A stretch of 64,000 bases of DNA from Anaerolineales bacterium (lineage in GTDB: Bacteria > Chloroflexota > Anaerolineae > Anaerolineales > E44-bin32), in NCBI GenBank assembly GCA_036397095.1, contig DASWJQ010000195.1, positions 44,070-108,069 on the forward strand, in the 5' to 3' direction. Each line of letters opens with the position of its first letter. Within the stretch, counting starts at the first letter, position 1. Shown in pieces: positions 9,318 through 18,017 of this stretch. Below the pieces are notes generated by a model that saw nothing but the letters and a program-made list of their open reading frames with translations, had not been told where the DNA came from and did no database searches. A program made the position numbers and the translations under genes.

Positions 9318-9917
9318 ATGTTCACGATTACCGAGGCCGCCCAGGAGAAGATCCTGGCGCGCATGGAAGCCGAAGGCAAAGCCGACCGCACGTTGCGCAT
9401 CCGCATCGTGGGTTGGACGGCCGACGATTACCAATACCGGTTGGAGGTTATTCCGGCCGACGCCCGCGACGAGGGGGATGTCGAGGTGAGCAACGGGCGC
9501 CTGCCGCTGCTGCTGGCCGGCGACAGCGCCGAGAAACTGAAGGGCGCCACGCTCGACTTCGTCGAGAGCGCCCAACAGCATGGCTTTTCGATCGACAACC
9601 CCAACCCGGTGTGGACCGACCCGCTCGAGCTCAAGATCCAGCGGATCCTCGATCAGAAGATCAACCCGGGCGTCGGCATGCACGGCGGCCAGGTGCGGCT
9701 GCTCAAGGCGGAAGACGGCGTGGCATATATCAGCTTTGGCGGCGGCTGTGTCGGCTGCGGCATGTCGAATGTGACGCTCAAGCAGGGCGTGGATCGCATG
9801 ATCCGTGAAGAGGTGCCCGAGATCACACAGATCGTCGACACCACTGACCACGCCAGCGGCACCAACCCCTACTACCAGCCTAGCGAAACGGCTGAGGCCG
9901 AATCGCCACTGGCGTAA
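9318..9917 (+). CDS. nfuA: NfuA-like Fe-S cluster carrier (degenerate A-type domain + Nfu domain)
   Basis: 199 aa. C-terminal Nfu motif FGGGCVGCGMSNVTLKQGV. Confidence 0.8.
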   Translation: MFTITEAAQEKILARMEAEGKADRTLRIRIVGWTADDYQYRLEVIPADARDEGDVEVSNGRLPLLLAGDSAEKLKGATLDFVESAQQHGFSIDNPNPVWTDPLELKIQRILDQKINPGVGMHGGQVRLLKAEDGVAYISFGGGCVGCGMSNVTLKQGVDRMIREEVPEITQIVDTTDHASGTNPYYQPSETAEAESPLA

Positions 9918-10097
9918 GCCACATCACCTAACCTCCAAGGCAACCCCGGCGGTTGGCTGGTACCAGACGCGCCCGAGTGCACCTTGGAAGTCGGGTCGAT
10001 CAGGGCGGTGTAGGAGTCAGCGCCCGGCCCTCTGCTGCGCGAAAAAGCCCCCTTGTTAATACTGCTGTGAATGAATGCCGAGTTTGCCGGCCTTCGC

Positions 10098-10778
10098 TCA
10101 GGCGACGGCTGCCCCAGGCTTTGGGCTGGTTGCCTTCGGCCGACGCAGGAGCAGAACGAGGCTCCATGGCAGGAACACCAGCACCAGTGGGTAGAACAAT
10201 GCCCGCTCAACCCCGCCAACCCAAGGGTAGGTAACGGCGGCCCCAGCGCCGCTTGCGACGGTCACCAGGCTTGCCAGCTGGCTGAGGCGGCGGCCAACAA
10301 GGCCGATCTGCCCGGCGCGCCACACAACGAGGGCCAGCCCCACCAGGGCCAACAGCAAGAACAATGCAAAAAGCGGTTCGAGCCCGATGCCCACGGTGGC
10401 CGGGAATGCGGTCGGCGCCGGCTCGCCGGCGGCAACCTTTGCGGCGGTTGCTGTCGTCAGTGTCGATCGACCGATGATTTCGGCTAGCCAAACGCCTGCC
10501 GCCAGGATCAGCAACACCCGGGCAGAAGCTATCGGGGAAGAGTTCACCTGCTGCATGAAGCTGGTCAATTGCCACAGCGCAGCGACCAGCATGAGAAATC
10601 CGACGGCAGTCAGCACATTGCCGAGCTGGTAAGCGGAGGGATTGTTGGCGATGGCTCGATACAGCTCAAGCGACGTCACTTGCTCGAAGGGTTCAGCAAC
10701 GATGGTGCCGGCGCAGAAGAGCAGCACGCCGATGAGCAGGACGAGTGCGGCCGAACGCGAGGGTGCACTGCCAATCAT
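10098..10778 (-). CDS. Hypothetical polytopic membrane protein
   Basis: Start set at the internal ATG (MIGSAPSRSAALVLLIG...) because an AT-rich promoter-like TACAAT/GATAAT segment lies inside the longer ORF (to 10916). 6-7 TM helices. Confidence 0.5.
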   Translation of the reverse strand: MIGSAPSRSAALVLLIGVLLFCAGTIVAEPFEQVTSLELYRAIANNPSAYQLGNVLTAVGFLMLVAALWQLTSFMQQVNSSPIASARVLLILAAGVWLAEIIGRSTLTTATAAKVAAGEPAPTAFPATVGIGLEPLFALFLLLALVGLALVVWRAGQIGLVGRRLSQLASLVTVASGAGAAVTYPWVGGVERALFYPLVLVFLPWSLVLLLRRPKATSPKPGAAVA

Positions 10779-11257
10779 GTTATCGCTCGTTTTCAGAGGA
10801 GGGACCAGCTCAGAGGCGCGGTCTATTATCCTAAGATTGTAGACCGTAATGGTCCGATTTACTGTAGTGGATTGGACCACGGGTATTTCCGGCGGCGCTT
10901 TGCCGGGGCACGGCATTTGCTGGACCTACCAACTTCCGAGGTGCACTCGACAACCACGTTGCGCCAAGCTCGCCCGAGTCCATCTCGAGGGGCGTGCTTG
11001 CTTCCGCGGTCTCATCCGCCGCATCGATGGACGCCTCCGACCTGACCCCGACAGTCCTGCGCGTAGCAGTGGTTGCCGCCGGCCCGCTGGCGCGGGCCTG
11101 AGGGCTGAGTCGAGCGGCTCTCCGCAGGGATGAGGGGTTGGCGAGGGGACCGCCATCCAGCCGCGGGCAGTGTGAAGAACGATCGCGCTTAACGGGGTTG
11201 GGGACCGATTGTTGCCCACCTTACAAGCAACCTACAGGCTCTGCGCACCCCTTCGCA

Positions 11258-11301
11258 CTAACCACAACCTAACTATAATCTAACCGTACCCTAACTCATC
11301 C
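11258..11301 (+). promoter_or_regulatory. Four tandem 11-bp units each starting CTAAC (11258, 11269, 11280, 11291) with a TATAAT hexamer (11274-11279) inside unit 2
   Basis: Read directly: CTAACCACAAC CTAACTATAAT CTAACCGTACC CTAACTCATCC, 57-100 bp upstream of the 11358 start codon. Confidence 0.6.
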
Positions 11302-11357
11302 GGGACAAACCTCCACTGTTCGGTCGGGGGCCGCCCCGGGATAACCCGAGAGGTTGG

Positions 11358-12071
11358 ATGATAGTTGGGACGGTCTTATTGCATAGGCTGATGCTGATCC
11401 TGACGTTGGTAGGACTGACGCAGGCAGCCGATCTGATTCCGGTCACCGGTGCCCCACCCGATCTTGGTCAGAGTTTTCTGACCGCTCGGGGACGGCTGGA
11501 CGACAGCGCCGTGCCCAGCCTGGCCGCCTTCCGGGCTTCCTTGCCGTCGGATGGGGGCGGCAGCTTGGCCGGGGTGCACGTCGCCGGCCGCCTGGCCCTG
11601 CGCGTGCTGGCCCAGCCGGCCGGGTCGCCGGGCTTCGTCACCGCCCAGCCAGACGCCGCCAGCCTGTTTGGCATGGCGCTGGCCTACGGCACCACCGGAT
11701 TGATCGCCCACAATTACCTGGCGGGCGAGGCCTTCCTCGACCTGGCCAGCGGCGACCGCATTGTGCTCCTGTATGCCGATGGTACTTCGCAAACCTACCA
11801 GGTGGAGTCCGTCCGCAGCTTGCAGGCGCTCTCGCCGTGGAGCCCGACTTCGCAGTTCGTCGATCTGGCGGCGCCGGGTGAATCGTTGTCGGCGGCCAGC
11901 TTATTCGGCCAGGTGTATGGCGGTGACAATCCCCTGGTGCTGCAGACCTGCCTGACGCGCGGCGATAACCCGGTCTGGGGCCGTTGGTTTGTGTTGGCCC
12001 AGCCGGCGATTGATCGCCTGGCGGCCGGCCGGCTGATCAAACTGGCCGACTTGATCCAGGAGCTCGGCTAG
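11358..12071 (+). CDS. Sortase-fold protein with non-canonical LQTC active-site motif
   Basis: 237 aa. N-terminal signal/anchor. His in LIAHNYLAGEAFLDLASGDRIVL, Cys in LVLQTCLTRGD, Arg in WGRWFVLAQP, i.e. sortase His-Cys-Arg order. Confidence 0.55.
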   Translation: MIVGTVLLHRLMLILTLVGLTQAADLIPVTGAPPDLGQSFLTARGRLDDSAVPSLAAFRASLPSDGGGSLAGVHVAGRLALRVLAQPAGSPGFVTAQPDAASLFGMALAYGTTGLIAHNYLAGEAFLDLASGDRIVLLYADGTSQTYQVESVRSLQALSPWSPTSQFVDLAAPGESLSAASLFGQVYGGDNPLVLQTCLTRGDNPVWGRWFVLAQPAIDRLAAGRLIKLADLIQELG

Positions 12072-12098
12072 CCCCGCTCCGCACGTATTCCTGGTGAT

Positions 12099-12890
12099 TC
12101 ATTCGAAGGGCAGTTCGCCACCACCCACCGCCTCGTCGGCCGGTTCGGCCACGATTAGAAGGCGATGGGTGTTGCTCTCGTACGGCCAGCAAGTCACCAG
12201 CGTTAGCCGCTCGGGGCCGCCGGGCTTAATCCATTGGGCGTTCTCCAGGCGGGTTTCGGTGGGCTCGTATTTTTCTTTGAGGATCAGCCGCCGCGTCACC
12301 AGGTAGCGGTGGACCGCTTCCGATCCAAACACGTAGATGATATCGCCTGGCTCGAGTTGGTCGAGATGGCGAAAGACTTCGCCGGCAACGTTGTGGTGGC
12401 CGTTGAGCACCGTGTTTCCCCCGGCGGCCAGGCGAGCCGTGTCCTGGTGCCAGCCGGCCGCATACATGTTCGGCGCCTGCCATTGGTACAGCCGCTGTGC
12501 GCCGATCTCGAGCATCGACAGGCCGGCGCCGACAACGGGCGCGTCCAGGCCGATAGAGGGGATCACCAGCCGCACCGGCGCCTCGCCGACGACTGCGGCC
12601 CAGCCGGCGTGCGCCGGTGCGGGGTCGGGCGGAGCCTGGATCCCTGGCTCCCTCTGCCATGCGCTGGAATCTGGCGCGGCGGCCGGGGAGTCGGCCAGCA
12701 TCGGCGCGAAACCGGCCTCCACCAGGTCGGTGACGGGGACGGCCACGGGCAGTTCCTCGGATCCGGCGCCCTGCCATCCGGCGGCTGCCCGCACAACACC
12801 CGCGCCAAGCAGGACCAAGCCAAGCGCCATCATCAGGCGTATACCCCAGGCCTGCTTGCTGCTATCGGTGAGTGTCAGGTCCAGATTCAT
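12099..12890 (-). CDS. Sortase (class D/E-like), fold-back copy
   Basis: 263 aa from ATG (MNLDLTL...). TM anchor, LVIPSIGLDAPVV, NTVLNGHHN...LEPGDIIYV, TLVTCWPY, downstream Arg. The ORF-track 508-aa ORF is a palindrome-generated fusion. Confidence 0.8.
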   Translation of the reverse strand: MNLDLTLTDSSKQAWGIRLMMALGLVLLGAGVVRAAAGWQGAGSEELPVAVPVTDLVEAGFAPMLADSPAAAPDSSAWQREPGIQAPPDPAPAHAGWAAVVGEAPVRLVIPSIGLDAPVVGAGLSMLEIGAQRLYQWQAPNMYAAGWHQDTARLAAGGNTVLNGHHNVAGEVFRHLDQLEPGDIIYVFGSEAVHRYLVTRRLILKEKYEPTETRLENAQWIKPGGPERLTLVTCWPYESNTHRLLIVAEPADEAVGGGELPFE

Positions 12891-12968
12891 AGGGGCGCTT
12901 CGCCAGCCGCCTCGAGGAGGGGCGGCCGATCGGCCGCCCCTCCTCGAGGCGGCTGGCGAAGCGCCCCT

Positions 12969-13760
12969 ATGAATCTGGACCTGACACTCACCGATAGCAG
13001 CAAGCAGGCCTGGGGTATACGCCTGATGATGGCGCTTGGCTTGGTCCTGCTTGGCGCGGGTGTTGTGCGGGCAGCCGCCGGATGGCAGGGCGCCGGATCC
13101 GAGGAACTGCCCGTGGCCGTCCCCGTCACCGACCTGGTGGAGGCCGGTTTCGCGCCGATGCTGGCCGACTCCCCGGCCGCCGCGCCAGATTCCAGCGCAT
13201 GGCAGAGGGAGCCAGGGATCCAGGCTCCGCCCGACCCCGCACCGGCGCACGCCGGCTGGGCCGCAGTCGTCGGCGAGGCGCCGGTGCGGCTGGTGATCCC
13301 CTCTATCGGCCTGGACGCGCCCGTTGTCGGCGCCGGCCTGTCGATGCTCGAGATCGGCGCACAGCGGCTGTACCAATGGCAGGCGCCGAACATGTATGCG
13401 GCCGGCTGGCACCAGGACACGGCTCGCCTGGCCGCCGGGGGAAACACGGTGCTCAACGGCCACCACAACGTTGCCGGCGAAGTCTTTCGCCATCTCGACC
13501 AACTCGAGCCAGGCGATATCATCTACGTGTTTGGATCGGAAGCGGTCCACCGCTACCTGGTGACGCGGCGGCTGATCCTCAAAGAAAAATACGAGCCCAC
13601 CGAAACCCGCCTGGAGAACGCCCAATGGATTAAGCCCGGCGGCCCCGAGCGGCTAACGCTGGTGACTTGCTGGCCGTACGAGAGCAACACCCATCGCCTT
13701 CTAATCGTGGCCGAACCGGCCGACGAGGCGGTGGGTGGTGGCGAACTGCCCTTCGAATGA
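12969..13760 (+). CDS. Sortase (class D/E-like)
   Basis: Exact mirror of 12099..12890. ATG lies 39 bp from the palindrome axis. Confidence 0.8.
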   Translation: MNLDLTLTDSSKQAWGIRLMMALGLVLLGAGVVRAAAGWQGAGSEELPVAVPVTDLVEAGFAPMLADSPAAAPDSSAWQREPGIQAPPDPAPAHAGWAAVVGEAPVRLVIPSIGLDAPVVGAGLSMLEIGAQRLYQWQAPNMYAAGWHQDTARLAAGGNTVLNGHHNVAGEVFRHLDQLEPGDIIYVFGSEAVHRYLVTRRLILKEKYEPTETRLENAQWIKPGGPERLTLVTCWPYESNTHRLLIVAEPADEAVGGGELPFE

Positions 13761-13787
13761 ATCACCAGGAATACGTGCGGAGCGGGG

Positions 13788-14501
13788 CTAGCCGAGCTCC
13801 TGGATCAAGTCGGCCAGTTTGATCAGCCGGCCGGCCGCCAGGCGATCAATCGCCGGCTGGGCCAACACAAACCAACGGCCCCAGACCGGGTTATCGCCGC
13901 GCGTCAGGCAGGTCTGCAGCACCAGGGGATTGTCACCGCCATACACCTGGCCGAATAAGCTGGCCGCCGACAACGATTCACCCGGCGCCGCCAGATCGAC
14001 GAACTGCGAAGTCGGGCTCCACGGCGAGAGCGCCTGCAAGCTGCGGACGGACTCCACCTGGTAGGTTTGCGAAGTACCATCGGCATACAGGAGCACAATG
14101 CGGTCGCCGCTGGCCAGGTCGAGGAAGGCCTCGCCCGCCAGGTAATTGTGGGCGATCAATCCGGTGGTGCCGTAGGCCAGCGCCATGCCAAACAGGCTGG
14201 CGGCGTCTGGCTGGGCGGTGACGAAGCCCGGCGACCCGGCCGGCTGGGCCAGCACGCGCAGGGCCAGGCGGCCGGCGACGTGCACCCCGGCCAAGCTGCC
14301 GCCCCCATCCGACGGCAAGGAAGCCCGGAAGGCGGCCAGGCTGGGCACGGCGCTGTCGTCCAGCCGTCCCCGAGCGGTCAGAAAACTCTGACCAAGATCG
14401 GGTGGGGCACCGGTGACCGGAATCAGATCGGCTGCCTGCGTCAGTCCTACCAACGTCAGGATCAGCATCAGCCTATGCAATAAGACCGTCCCAACTATCA
14501 T
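13788..14501 (-). CDS. Sortase-fold protein with LQTC motif
   Basis: Exact mirror of 11358..12071. Confidence 0.55.
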   Translation of the reverse strand: MIVGTVLLHRLMLILTLVGLTQAADLIPVTGAPPDLGQSFLTARGRLDDSAVPSLAAFRASLPSDGGGSLAGVHVAGRLALRVLAQPAGSPGFVTAQPDAASLFGMALAYGTTGLIAHNYLAGEAFLDLASGDRIVLLYADGTSQTYQVESVRSLQALSPWSPTSQFVDLAAPGESLSAASLFGQVYGGDNPLVLQTCLTRGDNPVWGRWFVLAQPAIDRLAAGRLIKLADLIQELG

Positions 14502-14557
14502 CCAACCTCTCGGGTTATCCCGGGGCGGCCCCCGACCGAACAGTGGAGGTTTGTCCC

Positions 14558-14601
14558 GGATGAGTTAGGGTACGGTTAGATTATAGTTAGGTTGTGGTTA
14601 G
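14558..14601 (-). promoter_or_regulatory. Four phased 11-bp CTAAC units with embedded TATAAT (mirror copy)
   Basis: Exact mirror of 11258..11301. Confidence 0.6.
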
Positions 14602-15080
14602 TGCGAAGGGGTGCGCAGAGCCTGTAGGTTGCTTGTAAGGTGGGCAACAATCGGTCCCCAACCCCGTTAAGCGCGATCGTTCTTCACACTGCCCGCGGCT
14701 GGATGGCGGTCCCCTCGCCAACCCCTCATCCCTGCGGAGAGCCGCTCGACTCAGCCCTCAGGCCCGCGCCAGCGGGCCGGCGGCAACCACTGCTACGCGC
14801 AGGACTGTCGGGGTCAGGTCGGAGGCGTCCATCGATGCGGCGGATGAGACCGCGGAAGCAAGCACGCCCCTCGAGATGGACTCGGGCGAGCTTGGCGCAA
14901 CGTGGTTGTCGAGTGCACCTCGGAAGTTGGTAGGTCCAGCAAATGCCGTGCCCCGGCAAAGCGCCGCCGGAAATACCCGTGGTCCAATCCACTACAGTAA
15001 ATCGGACCATTACGGTCTACAATCTTAGGATAATAGACCGCGCCTCTGAGCTGGTCCCTCCTCTGAAAACGAGCGATAAC

Positions 15081-15761
15081 ATGATTGGCAGTGCACCCTC
15101 GCGTTCGGCCGCACTCGTCCTGCTCATCGGCGTGCTGCTCTTCTGCGCCGGCACCATCGTTGCTGAACCCTTCGAGCAAGTGACGTCGCTTGAGCTGTAT
15201 CGAGCCATCGCCAACAATCCCTCCGCTTACCAGCTCGGCAATGTGCTGACTGCCGTCGGATTTCTCATGCTGGTCGCTGCGCTGTGGCAATTGACCAGCT
15301 TCATGCAGCAGGTGAACTCTTCCCCGATAGCTTCTGCCCGGGTGTTGCTGATCCTGGCGGCAGGCGTTTGGCTAGCCGAAATCATCGGTCGATCGACACT
15401 GACGACAGCAACCGCCGCAAAGGTTGCCGCCGGCGAGCCGGCGCCGACCGCATTCCCGGCCACCGTGGGCATCGGGCTCGAACCGCTTTTTGCATTGTTC
15501 TTGCTGTTGGCCCTGGTGGGGCTGGCCCTCGTTGTGTGGCGCGCCGGGCAGATCGGCCTTGTTGGCCGCCGCCTCAGCCAGCTGGCAAGCCTGGTGACCG
15601 TCGCAAGCGGCGCTGGGGCCGCCGTTACCTACCCTTGGGTTGGCGGGGTTGAGCGGGCATTGTTCTACCCACTGGTGCTGGTGTTCCTGCCATGGAGCCT
15701 CGTTCTGCTCCTGCGTCGGCCGAAGGCAACCAGCCCAAAGCCTGGGGCAGCCGTCGCCTGA
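15081..15761 (+). CDS. Hypothetical polytopic membrane protein
   Basis: Exact mirror of 10098..10778. Confidence 0.5.
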   Translation: MIGSAPSRSAALVLLIGVLLFCAGTIVAEPFEQVTSLELYRAIANNPSAYQLGNVLTAVGFLMLVAALWQLTSFMQQVNSSPIASARVLLILAAGVWLAEIIGRSTLTTATAAKVAAGEPAPTAFPATVGIGLEPLFALFLLLALVGLALVVWRAGQIGLVGRRLSQLASLVTVASGAGAAVTYPWVGGVERALFYPLVLVFLPWSLVLLLRRPKATSPKPGAAVA

Positions 15762-15941
15762 GCGAAGGCCGGCAAACTCGGCATTCATTCACAGCAGTAT
15801 TAACAAGGGGGCTTTTTCGCGCAGCAGAGGGCCGGGCGCTGACTCCTACACCGCCCTGATCGACCCGACTTCCAAGGTGCACTCGGGCGCGTCTGGTACC
15901 AGCCAACCGCCGGGGTTGCCTTGGAGGTTAGGTGATGTGGC

Positions 15942-16541
15942 TTACGCCAGTGGCGATTCGGCCTCAGCCGTTTCGCTAGGCTGGTAGTAGGGGTTGGTGC
16001 CGCTGGCGTGGTCAGTGGTGTCGACGATCTGTGTGATCTCGGGCACCTCTTCACGGATCATGCGATCCACGCCCTGCTTGAGCGTCACATTCGACATGCC
16101 GCAGCCGACACAGCCGCCGCCAAAGCTGATATATGCCACGCCGTCTTCCGCCTTGAGCAGCCGCACCTGGCCGCCGTGCATGCCGACGCCCGGGTTGATC
16201 TTCTGATCGAGGATCCGCTGGATCTTGAGCTCGAGCGGGTCGGTCCACACCGGGTTGGGGTTGTCGATCGAAAAGCCATGCTGTTGGGCGCTCTCGACGA
16301 AGTCGAGCGTGGCGCCCTTCAGTTTCTCGGCGCTGTCGCCGGCCAGCAGCAGCGGCAGGCGCCCGTTGCTCACCTCGACATCCCCCTCGTCGCGGGCGTC
16401 GGCCGGAATAACCTCCAACCGGTATTGGTAATCGTCGGCCGTCCAACCCACGATGCGGATGCGCAACGTGCGGTCGGCTTTGCCTTCGGCTTCCATGCGC
16501 GCCAGGATCTTCTCCTGGGCGGCCTCGGTAATCGTGAACAT
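15942..16541 (-). CDS. nfuA: NfuA-like Fe-S cluster carrier
   Basis: Exact mirror of 9318..9917. Confidence 0.8.
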   Translation of the reverse strand: MFTITEAAQEKILARMEAEGKADRTLRIRIVGWTADDYQYRLEVIPADARDEGDVEVSNGRLPLLLAGDSAEKLKGATLDFVESAQQHGFSIDNPNPVWTDPLELKIQRILDQKINPGVGMHGGQVRLLKAEDGVAYISFGGGCVGCGMSNVTLKQGVDRMIREEVPEITQIVDTTDHASGTNPYYQPSETAEAESPLA

Positions 16542-16655
16542 CGACTGCCTACCTTCCCCCTCCAGCTACCAGTAATTGTGGTTCATTCTACCAAGGACAG
16601 GACCGGGGTGGGTCTTTCGCCGGCCGGAGCCAGCGGGTAGGATGAGCGCCGACCG

Positions 16656-17897
16656 ATGAAGAAGTCATGGACCGTGCTCGCCGTTGCCCTGGGCCTGCTG
16701 GCGGCCGCCTGCCAGCCGTCGGCCCAGCAGCCTTCTGCCACACCCACCGTGCGCCTGGCACGGCCGTCGGCAACCCGGCCGGCCCAACCGTCGCCGTCGG
16801 CCACTTTGAGCCCAACCCCGCCGCCTAGCGCCACGCCGCGGCCGGTCGGGCCGGCTTACTTTCCCGGCTACAACCCGCTGACCGGGCTCCCCATCGGCCC
16901 CAGGCTGCTCCGCCGGGCGCCGCTGCTGGTGTCGATCACCAACTTCCCGCCATCAGCCCGCCCGCAAGCCGGACTGTCGCAGGCCGACCACGTCTGGGAG
17001 ACCTCGATCGGTCAGGGGTTGACCCGCTTCCTGGCGGTGTACTTCGGCGACTACCCGCAGCGGCTGTCCGAGCTGGCCCCCGGCGCCGACCTGCCTTACG
17101 ACTTCGTCATCGGCCCGATCCGGTCGGGCCGGGTCGTTTTCGATGACATCCGCGCCTTCTACCCCGGCGGCCTGATCGTCACCCGGGCCGCTTCGGCCCA
17201 GGTGTTGCCCGAGTTGGGCAAGCAGTTGACAGTCAACGCCCTCAACCCGGACGACGTCAACAGCGCCGGGCTGCGGCTGGCCGATCTGCCCGGCCTGCCG
17301 CTCGACCCGGCCCAGCCGGCCAGCTACGCCGGTCTATCGTTCGACCATCGCATCCCTGCCGGTGGGTCGCCCGGGCTCGAACTGTCGTTGATTTACAACC
17401 TGTTTGCCCAGTTCCAATGGACCTACGACTCCGCCTCCGGCCGCTACCTGCGCTGGCAGGACATGGTCGACGGCAACGGCCAGCTTGGCCCGCAGATCGA
17501 CCGGCTGACCGGCCAGCAGTTGGCTTTCGACAACCTGGTGGTGCTGTTCGCCGACCACAAACTGCAGAACCTGGAAGGCACGATTATCGAGATCGAGCTG
17601 CGCTTCGTGCCGGCGCGCTTTGGCCTGGTTTTCCGCGACGGCCGGCGCTATCCGATCACCTGGTCGTCGGAGCGCTCCGCACTGCGGTTGTTCGATGAGG
17701 ACGGTCGGCCGTTGGCGCTCAGGCCCGGGCAGACCTTCTTCGAGGTGTTTGGCTTCGAGTCGACCTGGGATGGGGAATCGGTCGTGCGCTACCACAGCCC
17801 GCCGCTGCCTACCTTGACGATAACGCCGACCTTCACCGTTTCGCCGACGGTGACGGTCACCCCGACCGAGACGGGCACCGCCACGCCCGAACCCTAG
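16656..17897 (+). CDS. DUF3048 (YerB-like) lipoprotein
   Basis: Exact mirror of 7962..9203. Confidence 0.65.
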   Translation: MKKSWTVLAVALGLLAAACQPSAQQPSATPTVRLARPSATRPAQPSPSATLSPTPPPSATPRPVGPAYFPGYNPLTGLPIGPRLLRRAPLLVSITNFPPSARPQAGLSQADHVWETSIGQGLTRFLAVYFGDYPQRLSELAPGADLPYDFVIGPIRSGRVVFDDIRAFYPGGLIVTRAASAQVLPELGKQLTVNALNPDDVNSAGLRLADLPGLPLDPAQPASYAGLSFDHRIPAGGSPGLELSLIYNLFAQFQWTYDSASGRYLRWQDMVDGNGQLGPQIDRLTGQQLAFDNLVVLFADHKLQNLEGTIIEIELRFVPARFGLVFRDGRRYPITWSSERSALRLFDEDGRPLALRPGQTFFEVFGFESTWDGESVVRYHSPPLPTLTITPTFTVSPTVTVTPTETGTATPEP

Positions 17898-17915
17898 ACG
17901 GCGCGCATTCGGCGT

Positions 17916-17978
17916 GACCTTCTAGGTCCACACGGCGCTAGTCGAACTCTGGACCTCCTCGTGTGGACCTCGGAGGTC
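17916..17978. repeat. Cluster of short palindromes incl. GACCTCgGAGGTC (mirror copy)
   Basis: Exact mirror of 7881..7943. Confidence 0.5.
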
Positions 17979-18017
17979 AAGCTTCGTACTTGACTCCCCG
18001 GGGTTGCGGAAAAGCCG

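Noticed and set aside
11258-11301. The CTAAC/GTTAG (TTAGG-like) repeats as telomeric repeats related to the palindrome
   Set aside because: There are only four units. They lie 1.6 kb from the axis, inside a promoter-like region with a TATAAT box directly upstream of a gene. A regulatory array is the simpler reading.
12099-13760. Two identical 508-aa ORFs (12099..13625- and 12234..13760+) spanning the palindrome centre
   Set aside because: Each is the antisense read-through of one sortase copy fused across the axis to the sense strand of the other copy. The real gene is the 263-aa sortase starting at MNLDLTL (12969+ / 12890-). The N-terminal 245 aa have the Arg/Gly/Pro-rich composition of high-GC shadow frames.
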